A DNA stretch of 64,000 nucleotides from Folioceros fuciformis (lineage: Eukaryota): assembly GCA_049999805.1 (NCBI GenBank), contig JBNGIO010006294.1:315115-379114 (forward strand). Direction: 5' to 3'. The number at the start of each line of letters is the position of its first letter. Position 1 is the first letter of the stretch. The position numbers were made by a program, and so were the translations under genes. The notes below the pieces were generated by a model. It searched no databases. It was not told the origin of the DNA and was given only the letters and a program-made list of their open reading frames with translations. This document shows, piece after piece, positions 48,683-61,155 of this stretch.

Positions 48683-49845
48683 TTAGCGACGGCACACCAT
48701 GCCGAGGCCGGTGGCCCCGCCGGAGCCGCATGTAACAGGCTTCACATCCTCGAGAAGGCCAGAAGCTTCGGCGGCGGGGCCAGCGACAGCGAAGCGGGAC
48801 ACAGCGCAGTCGGGCGCCATGATCCCACTAGTGATGTACTTCTCCATGTTGCCCATGCTAGGGAGGCCGCCTTTCGGACGGGGCATTTCGAACCCAGGCG
48901 TGTAGGTCTGGCCCAGCACTCCGTTCACCTGGCCGGATAGACGCTCGAATTGGAAGCTCACATCCAGGTGCGCCATGACGTCGGTGCCGAAGGGGATGCC
49001 GTAGGCGTGCTTGGCGTCATCCGACTCGCTAACAGGGGTGGCGAACACGGTGAGCTTCACGTACCCGGCCATCTCCACGGCGACAGCGTTGGTGGCCTCG
49101 GTGCGGACGATCTTGACCCCGTAGGCGGCGTCCTCCCAGGTGGCGCCTGCGCCCACCGGCAGCTCCACTGGCACAGAGTTGAGCACCACCACCAGCTGGT
49201 CCTGCGCCTGGTCCCATTGCGCCACCCGGCGCGCGCCCACGTACAACTGGTTGCTCCCGAACAGGACTCCCAGCGACTGCACCCACGTGAAGTCATGCTT
49301 AACGGTGGTTCCCGTCAGCCCGATGAAGTGTGCGTTGATGTGCAGGTCGGAGTCGGACACCAGGCAGAAGTCGGCGTTCTTGATCCCGTGGAAGTAGAAC
49401 GCCCGCCCGTCCTGGGTCGTCATCACCGGATCCTTGCAGACAGATCCATGTCCGCACCGCGGGGCCGCTGCATTCCACGGGTCAATTTGCACCTTGTCAG
49501 ACAATCGGAGCAATAGAAGCCGAGCAAGACGGCTTCTATTTTATTCTCAACTACGCCAAAACGGGTGGGCAAACCTCTACCACTTTGCCGAGAACTCAAA
49601 CACGGGTCTCGCAAAAGAAGACAGCGTAGTAGAACAAGGGAGCAAACGAAAGCACAGCAGATAGACAAAACCTTGTCTAATTTTCTAGATTTTCTAACAA
49701 GGTCTAAGTTTCACTTACGGGGAGGAGATTTGTGACCGGTCCCATTCTTTTTCCCTTTGTCACCCTCATTCGCTGAAGCAGGAGCAATGCACTGAGCCAA
49801 TGCCAAAGTCATCACCAACATGATGGGCAGAATGAACTTGGCCAT
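48683..49845 (-). CDS. Secreted root-cap-domain (LEA-related) protein. Exons 49845-49719 and 49467-48683
   Basis: Exon 1, absent from the ORF track, encodes a signal peptide MAKFILPIMLVMTLALAQCIAPASA. It splices in frame to CKDP..DGRAFYFHG..DFCLVSDSDLHINAHFIG..DFTWVQSLG..AHLDVSFQF..VNGVLGQTY. TATATAA at ~49945-49951. Confidence 0.9.
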
Positions 49846-49965
49846 CTTCGACAAAGAATGAATGACTTTGGTGATGCAATGTACTGGAAGTGAGGAAGCT
49901 GGAGACCTTGAGGAGGATGTGCAAATGCTGTGTGGTATCCTACCTTATATACTGGGTAGCATGCA

Positions 49966-50099
49966 TTGCTTCTTTGTTTTGGTATGCTGCTTGGTACGAT
50001 CAACAAGAGAGCAGTTGTGAACGTGGGTAGCATGCACAAATATTGATAACTTTGCTTCTTTGTTTTGGTATGCTACTTGGTACGATCAACAAGAGAGCA
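49966..50099. repeat. 48-bp direct repeat in the root-cap gene promoter
   Basis: TTGCTTCTTTGTTTTGGTATGCT(G/A)CTTGGTACGATCAACAAGAGAGCA at ~49966 and ~50052. Confidence 0.9.
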
Positions 50100-50689
50100 A
50101 AATAGATTCTAGATTGTCATATCACACCACACCACCAACACGTGAACAAAACATAGATATGAAACTATTTGAAGATAGAATTATGTAAGACTGAACTCGA
50201 AGTAGAATAATGGAAGTAACCCAAAAATGTAATCATATCTTCACGAGTGAAGACAAGATGTGTAGATGAAAGTGGATCATTGGCAGAAGAGTGTGTGAGG
50301 CAAGTACGATGTGGGCTGACAGCGCTCCGTTCCGTTCATCATGTGGTCAAGTCGGTGGGGCTGCTGGGATATGTGCTGATGAGCGTCCGGCTGAAGTCTG
50401 AGCTGGACGTGAGCCGGGTTTGGATACGTCCGATCGCGGAGACTGAAACATGCGCTCCAGCTTGCCTGTTTGTCTTTGGCAGGACAAGACAAGTGGCGAG
50501 CGGGCCAGTAGAGGAAACATAGGCAAGGAAAATGCCGGTGACTCGTGGGACGGAAATGTTTCCAGCATCGTCCTGCACCAGTCTTCTCAAGTCAATGTTG
50601 CTGCTGGCCACCGTTTTGCCTTCCATGATTGTCCTCCTCTAACCCTAGCCGATGATTCTCTGAGGGCGCGATTTCAGCCCGGCTGCTGT

Positions 50690-51385
50690 TGATCTGCGGA
50701 CCTGCAGCTGCAGCTGCCCAAGGTGCTTTTGAGCTGCCTGGCGGGGGTGATGCAGAACGGAACGGGCCAGGTCTTGAGAGAGAAAGAAGCAGGTCCAAAC
50801 ATGGTGATTTTGTCCACAGTTTGGAGGTTGGCCTGCATGGCGCAGTGCTGAAGCAAATTCGGATCGACGGTTACTTTGGAAACCGCGTCATCTGGCTGCC
50901 TGGCCAATTTTCTGATCAGCCGAGTTGAAGATGGCACTGCCTGAGGTGCTTTTGAGGTGTCTGGGACTGAACATGGCGCGACAGAACGGGACAGGCCAGG
51001 TCTTGAGAGAGAAAGAGGCAGGTTCAAAAACAGCGATTTTGTCCACGGTTCGGAAGATGGCCTGCAATGCACAGTGCTGAGATGAGTTCCCAATAACGGC
51101 TCCTTTCGAAACTGTATAATCTGGCTGCCTGGCAAATCTGTTGTTCAGCCGAGCTGGAGCTGGAGATGGAACTGCCCGAGGTGCTTTTGAGCTGCCTGGG
51201 ACTGGACATGGCGGGACAGAACCTTATAGGGCAGGTCTTGAAAGAGAAAGAGGCAGGTCCAAACATAGCGATTTTGTCCACAGTTTGGAGGTTGGCCGGC
51301 ATTGCACAGTGCTGAGGCGAATTAGAATCCACGGCCCGGCCCCTTTCGAAACTGTATCCTCTGGCTGCCTGACAAGTCTGTGAAA
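50690..51385. repeat. ~230-bp diverged tandem repeat x3 with coding-like character on the minus strand
   Basis: Anchors GGTGCTTTTGAG, CAGGTCTTGA(G/A)AGAGAAAGA, GATTTTGTCCAC and CTGGCTGCCTG recur at ~230-bp spacing. Confidence 0.85.
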
Positions 51386-52117
51386 TCGCATGAGTGTTTG
51401 CACTATGCGGTCTCGCTCTCGTGCCTCGCTCTCTGGAGATGGAGATGAAATTGTCGGATGAAGGCCGCCGCTGTCGGATGCAAGCCGCCGCTGAAGGCAA
51501 TGCTGCTGCACTGCAGTTGGACGTGTCGAGGGCGCACTGTCTCGGACTGAGAAATCGCTTCTGCTGTGTCCTGGGAGTTCTTTCATCTTTCCCTCCTTGT
51601 CATAGGAGGGATGACTTAGGGTCCACGGGGCGCAATTGCAATGTTGGGTTTTCCGAAGCGATGCGCATACTTGTGGGAGACGAAACCTTCTCTAATCGTT
51701 CCAGGGGGAAAAAAAGCTCTTCCCTACCGCTGGTCCAGCTAGGCCTGTACGATGCGCCAAGTAGGCAGGAAGAAGGAAAGCAAGAAGCCACAAGTGGCGA
51801 GTTCTGGAGGAATGAAGAAACCGCGAACAAGAAAAGGGTGCCAAGTGTTGCTGCAGCATAGGCTACTAGTTTGTCAATGTAGGCATGACTTGAGCTTCAG
51901 TTCCCTCCAATTCCATGCGATGAGCCTGTAAGAGTATCAGCTGTGTTTCTGCGCCGGCAGAATGCATCTGTGAGGTTCGGGGCAATCTGAGGGCGGACGA
52001 ACAAGATTTTGGAAGAGGGACTGGACAGGTGTTGAGAGAGGGGGAGGAGGTGGGCACCCATGACACATCGACGAGACGCCCAAATTCTTTCCTGTCTTCG
52101 GCCAGCCGGTGCAGGGG

Positions 52118-52914
52118 ATGATTGTGAAGAAGCAAGCGCAACCCGGTGACAGAAAGAAAGGGAAGGAGAAGTGCGTCACCATGAGCGTGACTGCTCTAGG
52201 CACGGTGGCAGCGCTGGGCAGCGCTGCCGCTGCCCTGTATGCCATCCGGCCTAGGGACCCTATCTTCGAGGTGCTGAATATCAACCTCAAGGGCTTCAAG
52301 CTCAACAGAAAGACGATCATGGTGGCTATCGACGTGGAGTTGGTGCTGTCCATCAAGGTCATCAACCCCAACGTGACGCCCATCGAGTACACCAGCACGG
52401 TGATGGATATATACTACCGCGGTGATCTTCTTGGCCAGGCCAAGGTACCTGGGCATCTTCCTTCTTTCAGCCCCAAGATTGGGTTATGATTGCGGGCAGG
52501 AAAGAAAGGTGGGTCTTGAACTCGGTGGTGTTTGAAACTGCAGGTTGCTGCTGGGCAGCAGGAGGCCAAGTCGGCACAGGTCATCGAAGTTCCAGCCAAG
52601 CTGGACGGCTTGGAGTTGACGAGTAACTTGAAGAACCTGTTCGCTGATGTGGCCAGGAGGGAGATGACCATGACGTCGGTGGTGACTATCAAGGGAGTGG
52701 CCAGAGTGTGGCAATGGAGTCACAGTTTTGAGGTGAGCCTCAGGGCACACACATGTTTGAATCCTCCTTCATCTTGCTGCATCATGTTGCACAAGATCTA
52801 ACTTGAGTGAGATGCCAGGTCCATGTTAGAAGTGATATCAAAGTGGACCCCATTTTCCTGGACGTTCTTGAGCAAGACAACAAGGTAGAGCTGGAGCTGG
52901 AGCCATTACTGTGA
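52118..52914 (+). CDS. LEA_2 / WHy-domain protein, 3 exons
   Basis: N-terminal hydrophobic anchor, RPRDPIFEV, VINPNVTPIEY..YYRGDLLGQA and final exon VHVRSDIKVDPIFLDVLEQDN. GT-AG introns. Start is 52118 or 52181. Confidence 0.88.
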
Positions 52915-53039
52915 GACAGCGAGCAGCAGGCAATATTGTGTGTGCAGGTGAGCTCAGACTTATACATTCGGGGTGACGTGTGAAATCACAGAGGCTGTAA
53001 TTTGTACCGTGTTGGCTGACCATCCATCCTCTTTGGTCT

Positions 53040-55105
53040 CTAGTTCTGCTGGATGGTGGACAGTGCTGCCGCGCTGCAGAACAATCCCACAGCTAACACC
53101 GCCACAGGCATTAGGACATATTTAGTCATGCCCAACATCCCTGTTGTGTTGGCATTTCTGTAAGAAAGACTGTACTGTGTGTTGTACACATCTTGCGGGG
53201 CCTGCCTATGGTCTTTTGTGGTGGCTAGGAGTTCACTTGGACCTTCTTCCAATGTCGTGCTCCTCGCTTCCCGTTGACAAATTGCCCTGTAGAAAGTTGA
53301 AGACAGCGTCATCGCTTGCGGAAGTGGGTCAGAGTGGAAGACAGAACAGGCTGCAGGTGTACTATGTTAACAGCGCACCTCCCATAGAACAGGAGTAGAT
53401 GGTTTACGACGGGAATGAAGTAGGAGACCATGCAAACACCGGTGGCTCCAGTAACGGTAAGCACTTTGCCTGAGCTGTTGGGAAATGCTTCAGCGAAGCC
53501 CAAGCTGGTCAATAGGAGAAGGACTGTCACGAAAATGGACTTGGCAGCCTTACGCTGCTCTCTGTCACCAGGAAGCCAGCCTAGAACGGTGTGTCTCAAT
53601 GGGAAAAATCCCAGGGGACATGAGACCGCTAGGTACGCTGCAGCATGGAGTTTGTCAGGAATAAGGAAAGCAAAGAAACGGAGAGTCCATGTTGAAACCT
53701 TTCTCACCCACCCATCATGGAAAGGTTAAGAGCTCCTTGAGCAATTCCTCCGCCTAGCCAGGCATTCTGCAAAATGTTGCTCTCCGTTTCAGAGCCGTAT
53801 CTTGCGGCTCCAAAAAAGCCCACAGCGAAGTAGATGAGGAAGGCATTCACTACAGTGGGTAACATATGTGAAGCACAGCGATCAGGTTGTGTGGGGACAC
53901 TTTCTCTTCATAAAAGGAGTTACGTTTAAACACAAGGCGTACCTAGCACGACGACTCGATTCCCCCAAGAGATGATCTTGGCTCCCACCTTCCCGGGTGT
54001 CATCTCCAATATGAGAGGCATGAAGATGGGCTGAATGTAGAAGGCCAGTCCGAAGATGGACACAGCCTGGGTGATCTTGCCTGCACGAACAATGATAGTC
54101 AGAAAGGAGCGTGAGCAACTACCTACTTGACAAGAGACGGCCTTCACGTCGTACCCAAACTGGTGAATCCCATCTTGCTCAACTCGTGATTTCTGATCGC
54201 CGGGAAGTTGGTCCTGGAGGCATCGATCACCGTAGTGGTGGCAAGCCAAAGAACAATGCACGTACCCACTACTCCCGCATACTCCATCTGCATATGCACC
54301 TCGTGGCGAAGTGAGAAAGTTACGTTGATCCAAATCCCGATTCACCAAATCCTCGCCGATCAAGATGCCAAGCATGACAGCCCACTACACCACACCTGGC
54401 GGATATGTGGCAAGAAGCAGAGAGGAGCAATGAAGACCGTCCCCACCGCCATAAGGGCTCGCCCACTTCCGCTCACAAACCATTCAGGTGTGTTGGGCCA
54501 GATGCTGAGCAGGCCAATGGCTCCTACCTCGCCAACCTGTTGCACTGCCCCCACCATACCCCCGAACATCAACAGGAAGATGCTCACCTCCGTGACGAGC
54601 TGCACCCAGCATCCACCGTCCCGGCATCAGCCTGCAAGCATGCGTGCATGTACTGTCCATCCACACGTACCTCAGCTTGCATCACAGTAGCTGAGAATGA
54701 ACGTGCTAACAGGCAGTTACCTTCCACCTCCACCCTCCTATTTTGAAGGCCAAGGTCTCGTAGTCCGTTGCACCAACTATGTACGTCTGTCTGAGAAGAA
54801 GATCACTGGTGTAGGCATTCGCCAGAGCCACCACCACCATGATCATCACTCCAGCCACAATTCCCGTCTCGCTGAAAGCCCACGACACGGGCAACACAGC
54901 TCTGCACCATATCACGTCCCCATTCCGGCACTCGTACTCAGCTAGTCCCCCACCTCAACCAAACGTGCATTCACTTTCCAAATTCTACCCACCCGCCCAT
55001 GATTCCAATCGTGAGTGTTGCAATCACGCTGAAGAATCCTCGTTGATGCTCACTCTCCTTCAACGTCTGCCTGAAAGACACTTTAAGCAACGTGGGAGCG
55101 GCCAT
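53040..55105 (-). CDS. Amino acid transporter (AAAP/Aa_trans family), multi-exon
   Basis: IGIMG | AVLPVSWAFSETGIVAG, NAYTSDLL..DYETLA, FIAPLCFLPHIR, AVSIFGLAFYIQPIFMPL and VLTVTGATGVCMVSYFIP. Many hydrophobic segments and GT-AG introns. Confidence 0.85.
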
Positions 55106-57196
55106 CACTGCGGCAGGCAACCTGCCGGCTTCCCCATCCATCCCACTGGCCCGGGCTGTTGTTTTTGTGGGACAAGAAATACAACTCTCCTATCTGCTCT
55201 CCCTGTCACCATCACCCCGCGATTATAACGAGAGCCCCATGTCGGAACGGCATTGCGAGGGCTACATTTTGCAGCTGAATTTCATATACCGTGCTTGTCG
55301 TTACGTGTGGTACTTGTGTCCGGCCCTGAGTCTTCACGGGTTCGAGATGTTCGTGTCTGGACAAACTTTATCGACCTACAATCCACCAAGTCCCAACCGA
55401 TGTACTCCAGTCAATCCTAGCGTGTTTGACTACCTCGACTAATTTGCAACTTTTCTTATGCCTTCCCTAACCATTACGAACATTCCAAAAATCCTACCCT
55501 CCAAAACCAATCCTACCCCGATTTGGCAGAATGAGTAACAAAGCTTGGTTGAGGACCAAGCGAGAGAGCTTGGATGGAACATGCAGGTCTAGAATACTCG
55601 AGTGATAATAAAAAAAGAAAGTAATAAGACCCTTGACATTGAAAGGCCCCCTCGTCTTGAGCTAAGGATAATTCCTTCATGCTTTGAGAGAGCTAAACTC
55701 CTATCTTACATCAAAGATGCACGGGGGAGATGGGCTGCTCTTGCTTTAAATTTGCTTCTAACTTCATGCATGTTTTGCAGTTAGAAGCAATTGGAAGGGG
55801 GTGTCATGGATGGGTCTTTTGCATCTCTTCCTCCTTAAAAGTTTTATATTTATTTAATTTTTATATCATTAATTTTTTTAAAACTTTAATACTGAATCAC
55901 ACGCTCGCCAGGCTTTATCTTTATCATATTAAGAAGCCAAAGGTCCAAGCACTTAGCTGGTCCATTTCACGATGATCCTCATCCCCATAGAATACTTTTT
56001 GAAGTGCTCTTCATCCTAGGTCTCCTCTCCAAGTTGTCCTATGGTATATCGAGTAAGTATCTTCCACCTCCACCTTTCAACAAAGTGTTTTCATTTGCAG
56101 TCTTCCATGAAGAAAGAGGATGGTGTGAACGAGGCAAAAAGCCACAAAATTCAAACTGGAAATTATTTACGCACCCACAGACATGCATGGTAATCCACAT
56201 CCACACCTTAAATTTAATCCGATTTTGTCGCGTGCACTTAATAAAAAAAATAACGAAAGGAAATTCGGATCTCATTTAGTGTCCAGAATAACGCATTTTG
56301 TTGCACGGGAGTCGTCCCGTTCGTGGGGCGCTGATCCTTCCCCTGGGAACGATTTTGGGTGCGGGCAAGACGTACACGACTTTGGTGCGTGAAGACCTGG
56401 GTTGCGGAGCGGAGCTTCTTTGTCAGCCCATCGAGAGGGCGCCTGGGGACGTGGAGGCCGTTCTTGTTTGGGTTTACGCAAGAGCGAATTGATCTTGAAG
56501 AGGTCCTCGAATGGTGGGTGGCCAGAGAACATGTCAGCCATGACGCGCTCACGCAGGCAACGCCTCACCAACTGTTTTCGAACCCTTGGATTGTCTGAGG
56601 ACCGGAGACCGGAGCCTCCGTGCTGACGTCATGTGGAAGCCTTGCTGAGTGAAGGACGACGGCAGGACCGAGGCTGATCGACTCCTACTACCCCGTTCGC
56701 TCACCCATCGGTTTCCATGGGCCTGGCAGGTAGCCGTGTCCTGGAAGAGGAGGATGGTGCTTTAATCATGCAAGTACAACACATGCTTTGCTCCCCTTTC
56801 GTAGACACAAGCATGACGGAAAGCAGGCAACAAAAAGAGGAGAGGAAGTGGCTCAAAGTAGTCTTTTCGAAATGATACACAGAGGGCAAGGTGTTAGGTA
56901 ACACAAAATTGTTTTCCCGAGTGCCTCCCCCTCCAGACTAGTATTCAATTTGGTCAATGCCTACAATGACTAGTAGGTACTGCAATGAGAGTTTGTGAGA
57001 ATTTTGTTAGATCACAACTGTACACAGTTGGCCATCTAGGAATCATGCACTTCTGGTAAGCACCTGCTTTTAGGAGCCTTGTCAGTCGCCGATTTGCTTC
57101 ACTGTATCCATGTCTCGGGCCATGTCAGAATACAAACGTTCAATGACACATATTGAACTTGGGTCCAGCACTGCTCCCAATCTTGAGGAGCCTTAC

Positions 57197-59564
57197 TTAG
57201 CTCGCAGTGGAACCCTCGGGGAGACCCCTCCGCTTTGCATGGTACTCGCTCAGATCTGTTTTGTACCTTTCCAGTGCTGATGCAGCCTTATTTAGCCACT
57301 TTTGCTTCTCCTCGTCAACCAGCTCCTGCAACACAGTAAGTTGGGATCAGTGTCAGACGGTAGCAGGTCTGGGCGAACGTTGTCTGGAAGTCTAATCCTC
57401 GTCAGGCAACTGCGGCACAGGCCTGACTCACCCTCCACTTTGTGGAAACAATAGTGTTGATGTCCACGAAGGTGAGCGCTGGGTTCTCCTTCAAGGCCGC
57501 CTGCCTCACCTCATGCCTGTGCCAACACACACACACACATCCGTCTTTCAACCCATGATCATATTCGAGCATCGGGAGCTTTTGAAAACTATCTCATACC
57601 CAAATAATAAATACGCGGTCGGCGGCTTCTTAGGTTTGTCGGGCTCGTCGTCAACCTTTTGTCTCTTCCTTTGTGAGGATCGCTCCTCTTTGAGAAGCTG
57701 CTGCACGCCAGAAAAGTACCACAGCTAGTAAGCTTGTGGAATACATTTCATCTAAACACTTCACCATACTCTTCAACGGACTAACCTTTGTCATAATGTT
57801 ACGATCCTTCTGCTTGAGGAGCTTTGAGGTCTGCATGGCGTACTCCTTCTTCTCCTGCATCTGTTTCTCAAGAATGGCCGCTTCCTGGTCACAGCAAACA
57901 CGTTAGGAATAGGCTTTACGGTCGCAGTAGACCCCGAAGCCGTTCAAACAAAAAGAGGCCGACCTCTGCTTTCCTCTTCTTGTAAGCTTCCAGCTCGGTT
58001 GCATATCTAATTTTGTCTTGAGCAGCAATCTGAAGCAAGATATTGAAAAAAGAGTCAAAAGAAACGCATCCACAACGCTCGCCTAACACCACATGGCCAC
58101 AGAAGCATACCTTTTCATACTGACACCTAGCTTCCTCATCCATGTTCTTCCACTCATCCCCGAGTATTCTACCAATCTAGAGTCACCGGGTTATCAAATG
58201 TCAGAACCAATTCGTGAAGTGAAAATCGCAGGGGAAGATGATCGAATCACGTGGCCTTGGTACGAACACTTACCTCAGGGACGCTGATCTTTTCAGCAAG
58301 AAGTGCAGGTCTCCTCACATTTCCGAAAGCAAAAAAGGCAGTAATCTGATGCTTTGGCTTGTCAGGGTCCTTTCCCTTTCTGCAAAGAGACCATCCAAGT
58401 TGTCAGACATCGAAGAGTGAAAATCATCACCGACCTAAGGCTTCTCAAACACAACTGGGAACAAATCCTGAACCACACGTACTCTCTCACCTTCTCGATC
58501 TGGTCTCCGTTTTCTTCGTAACCCTAGCTTCTTGTACAGCTCCCTGCAAGCCCTGCTGAACAACACGTCACACAAGTAAGATTCGTTATTCTCGACGCCC
58601 AACCAAAACGAGACGCCCGCAAGAGAGAAACACTGCAACACCTTAAAATGCCATGAGAAGATCGGGCTGACCTTCAAATAGACGTCCTTATCGACGTGAT
58701 ATCTAGCCTCGTACGACTTCCGCTCTTCCTCAGATACGTTCTTCCATTTATCCCCAAGAAGCACATTCATCTCCTTAAATGAAGCATCTGGATGATCTTT
58801 CTTCACCTGCACAATCAGCCACTACTGTTAGACTGGCTTCCACAACCCTAATTGCTCGGACCTAGCCTCTACAAGGTTCTGCAAATGCTCACTGAAGTTT
58901 CACAACCGCAGACAACTACCGTGAAGCACAGAAAGCCATCTTACTTGGGCACGTTGCTCTTTCGAAAACATCAGAAATGGTGGAAGTGGCTTTCTCACCT
59001 GACCCGTACCACCCTTCAGAGGGTCAGCTGCATCTGCAACAGTTGCCTGTGCCCCACCAAAAAATCAGGGCAACCATTGCACACTACATTCCTATGCTAT
59101 GCACATCTACAATCCACATGAGATCATCATCTGTGAGAAGACGCCTTGATACAAACCTCAATGGACTCACTACTAGCATCCTCTGTATCTTCAGAGCCTG
59201 GGGATTCCACAACATCAGGACCTTCCTGTGCATTCCCATCTTCCTTCGGGATTTCCTTAGCATCTTCCCTCATCACATGATCCTTGTCCGCTTTTAGCTC
59301 TTGACGCTGCTGTGGCCCACCCTTAGCTTCCTCCCCTCTCGTTTCTTCCATGGCATGAGCATCAGCATCCGAGCCGAGCATAGCTGCAAGCGTGGACGCG
59401 TCTTCCTTGAGCACATCTGGACTGTCCTTCTCACCCGACGTGTCATCCTGATCGGGCAGCAAAGGCATGCCTTCGCTCATGATTTGTTTGATGAAGCCAT
59501 TTATAACGATTGCATCTTCAGAAGTGCCATTCGCGCTCACATCGTGAACCTCCTCAAAACCCAT
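57197..59564 (-). CDS. 3xHMG-box chromosomal protein, multi-exon
   Basis: Three spliced HMG boxes: RKPLPPFLMFSKEQRAQVKKDHPDASFKEMNVLLGDKWKNV; DPDKPKHQITAFFAF..IGRILGDEWKNM; EPDKPKKPPTAYLLFG..ENPALTFVDINTIVSTKWRELVDEEKQKW. First in-frame ATG at 59564. Confidence 0.88.
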
Positions 59565-60959
59565 CCACTCCAGCCGTCCTCTTAGACAGGTACTCGATTG
59601 TGTTTCATGCCCAAATTCACAAACGCTCTGCTCAACGATGTTCACTCAATCCCTCGGCTGCTGCCCTAACTTGCCAGAGGAACAAATCGGTGCACATCCG
59701 TCCGCGGCAGCCAGACCTGTAAAAAGAATCCAACATGAGCTCCAGTAAACCGTTCTTGTCACATCCAACGACACCAGACTCAACCTTATCAGGACCAACC
59801 CCTTGCGACATCAACGTCACATCAGCATGAAGCCTAGCACGCATACAAGGGACACATCAAGACGAACGAGCATCCACTCTGGAGGCAAAGAAGATGAACA
59901 TGGAGCCCCATGACAAGAACATGCACAACCCGCCACACAAGCACTCCTCCTCGCAAGCATCAGGCAACCCAACATCAACGACCTGCTAAAAAGTGTTGAC
60001 AATTCGGATAAACAAAAGGGGACTCGCTAAAAGAGCCAAGCCCAGCCTCACAATTCCAAACGCATGCCTTTCCCCGGCCTACTTCGCCAGCGGAAGACAA
60101 CTGTCTAAGCGCTCAACCTAAGCCCTTCCAACGAGGGGCAGATTCTCCACAGAGCACCCTCACTTTCTGCCCACACCCGATCGTCAAGAAGCGAAACATT
60201 CTTCCCGGGAGCAGGATGACAGCTCCCACAAGGAGACTTCACACACCAAAAATTCCCGAAAAATTCGAGCAAGCAGCGAATTGAGTCCTGGGCGCCTGTA
60301 GCAAAGCCAAAAAGGTGGGCTTAGAGCCAGCTTGCGTGTGGTGCCGAGTCGTCCCACAACCCACTGCCGACAGCGACTGCCAGTAGCAGTGCGAGCAAAG
60401 CACAGCACAGGCCGCAGCCAAGACGGGCAGCCACCAAGACCACGCGTGCACGCAAATCACGCAACGATCGGTAAGCTCAAATTCCAGCCTTTCGATCTGC
60501 GAGCAAGCCAGAGGAAGGAACCCACAATCCCGACTTGCCCAAAATTGGCACGGCCCCCGAGCCCCAACACCCAACATCCGGCCGGCCCGGCACATTTCAG
60601 CCTGAGCTGGGAGCCGGCGATCAGGTGCACCTCGGTGGTGCAAAACCCATAAGAGCAAGCAAGCGCACGCCATTTGCAGCCGGGAAGCAGAGCCGTACCT
60701 GCACCACGCCGGGCCGCTTTGGCTGCTGCTCCAGGGGCGGCCGGTCTGGCGTGGGCGAGCGGGAATGCGGGGCCAGGGCTGCCCGAGCAGATCAAACCGG
60801 GCCGGCGGGAGCTGGCACACGGATCCGCCGGGGAGAGCAGCCCGCCGCAGCAGGAGTTGAGATGGCGATGGCAAGCCCAGCAGCACGAAGCAGAGGCGAG
60901 CGAGGAGTGCAGGAGAAGCGAAGCGAGGAGAGAGGCAGGTCTTGAGACGAGCAGGCAGC

Positions 60960-61155
60960 GTTGAGACGAGATGACACGAGACGGGAAGAGACGAGACGAG
61001 ACGAGATGACACGAGACGGGAAGAGACGAGACGAGAAGGGAAAGGAAGAGCAGCGCAGAGACGAGACAAGGCAGGGCGAGACGAGACGAGACGAGACGAG
61101 ACGAGACGAGACGAGACGAGACGAGACACGACGCGACGCGACGCGACGCGACGAG
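60960..61155. repeat. (GAGAC)n/(GACGC)n compound microsatellite
   Basis: Long ACGAG pentamer array grading into ACGCG. Probably in the 5' UTR intron of the HMG gene (candidate donor GAG|GTAGG at ~61221, minus strand). Confidence 0.92.

Noticed and set aside
56298..56600. GAGKTYT Walker-A-like string and a kinase-tail-like QLFSNPWI
   Set aside because: These are isolated motifs in short ORFs in different frames with no supporting domain context.
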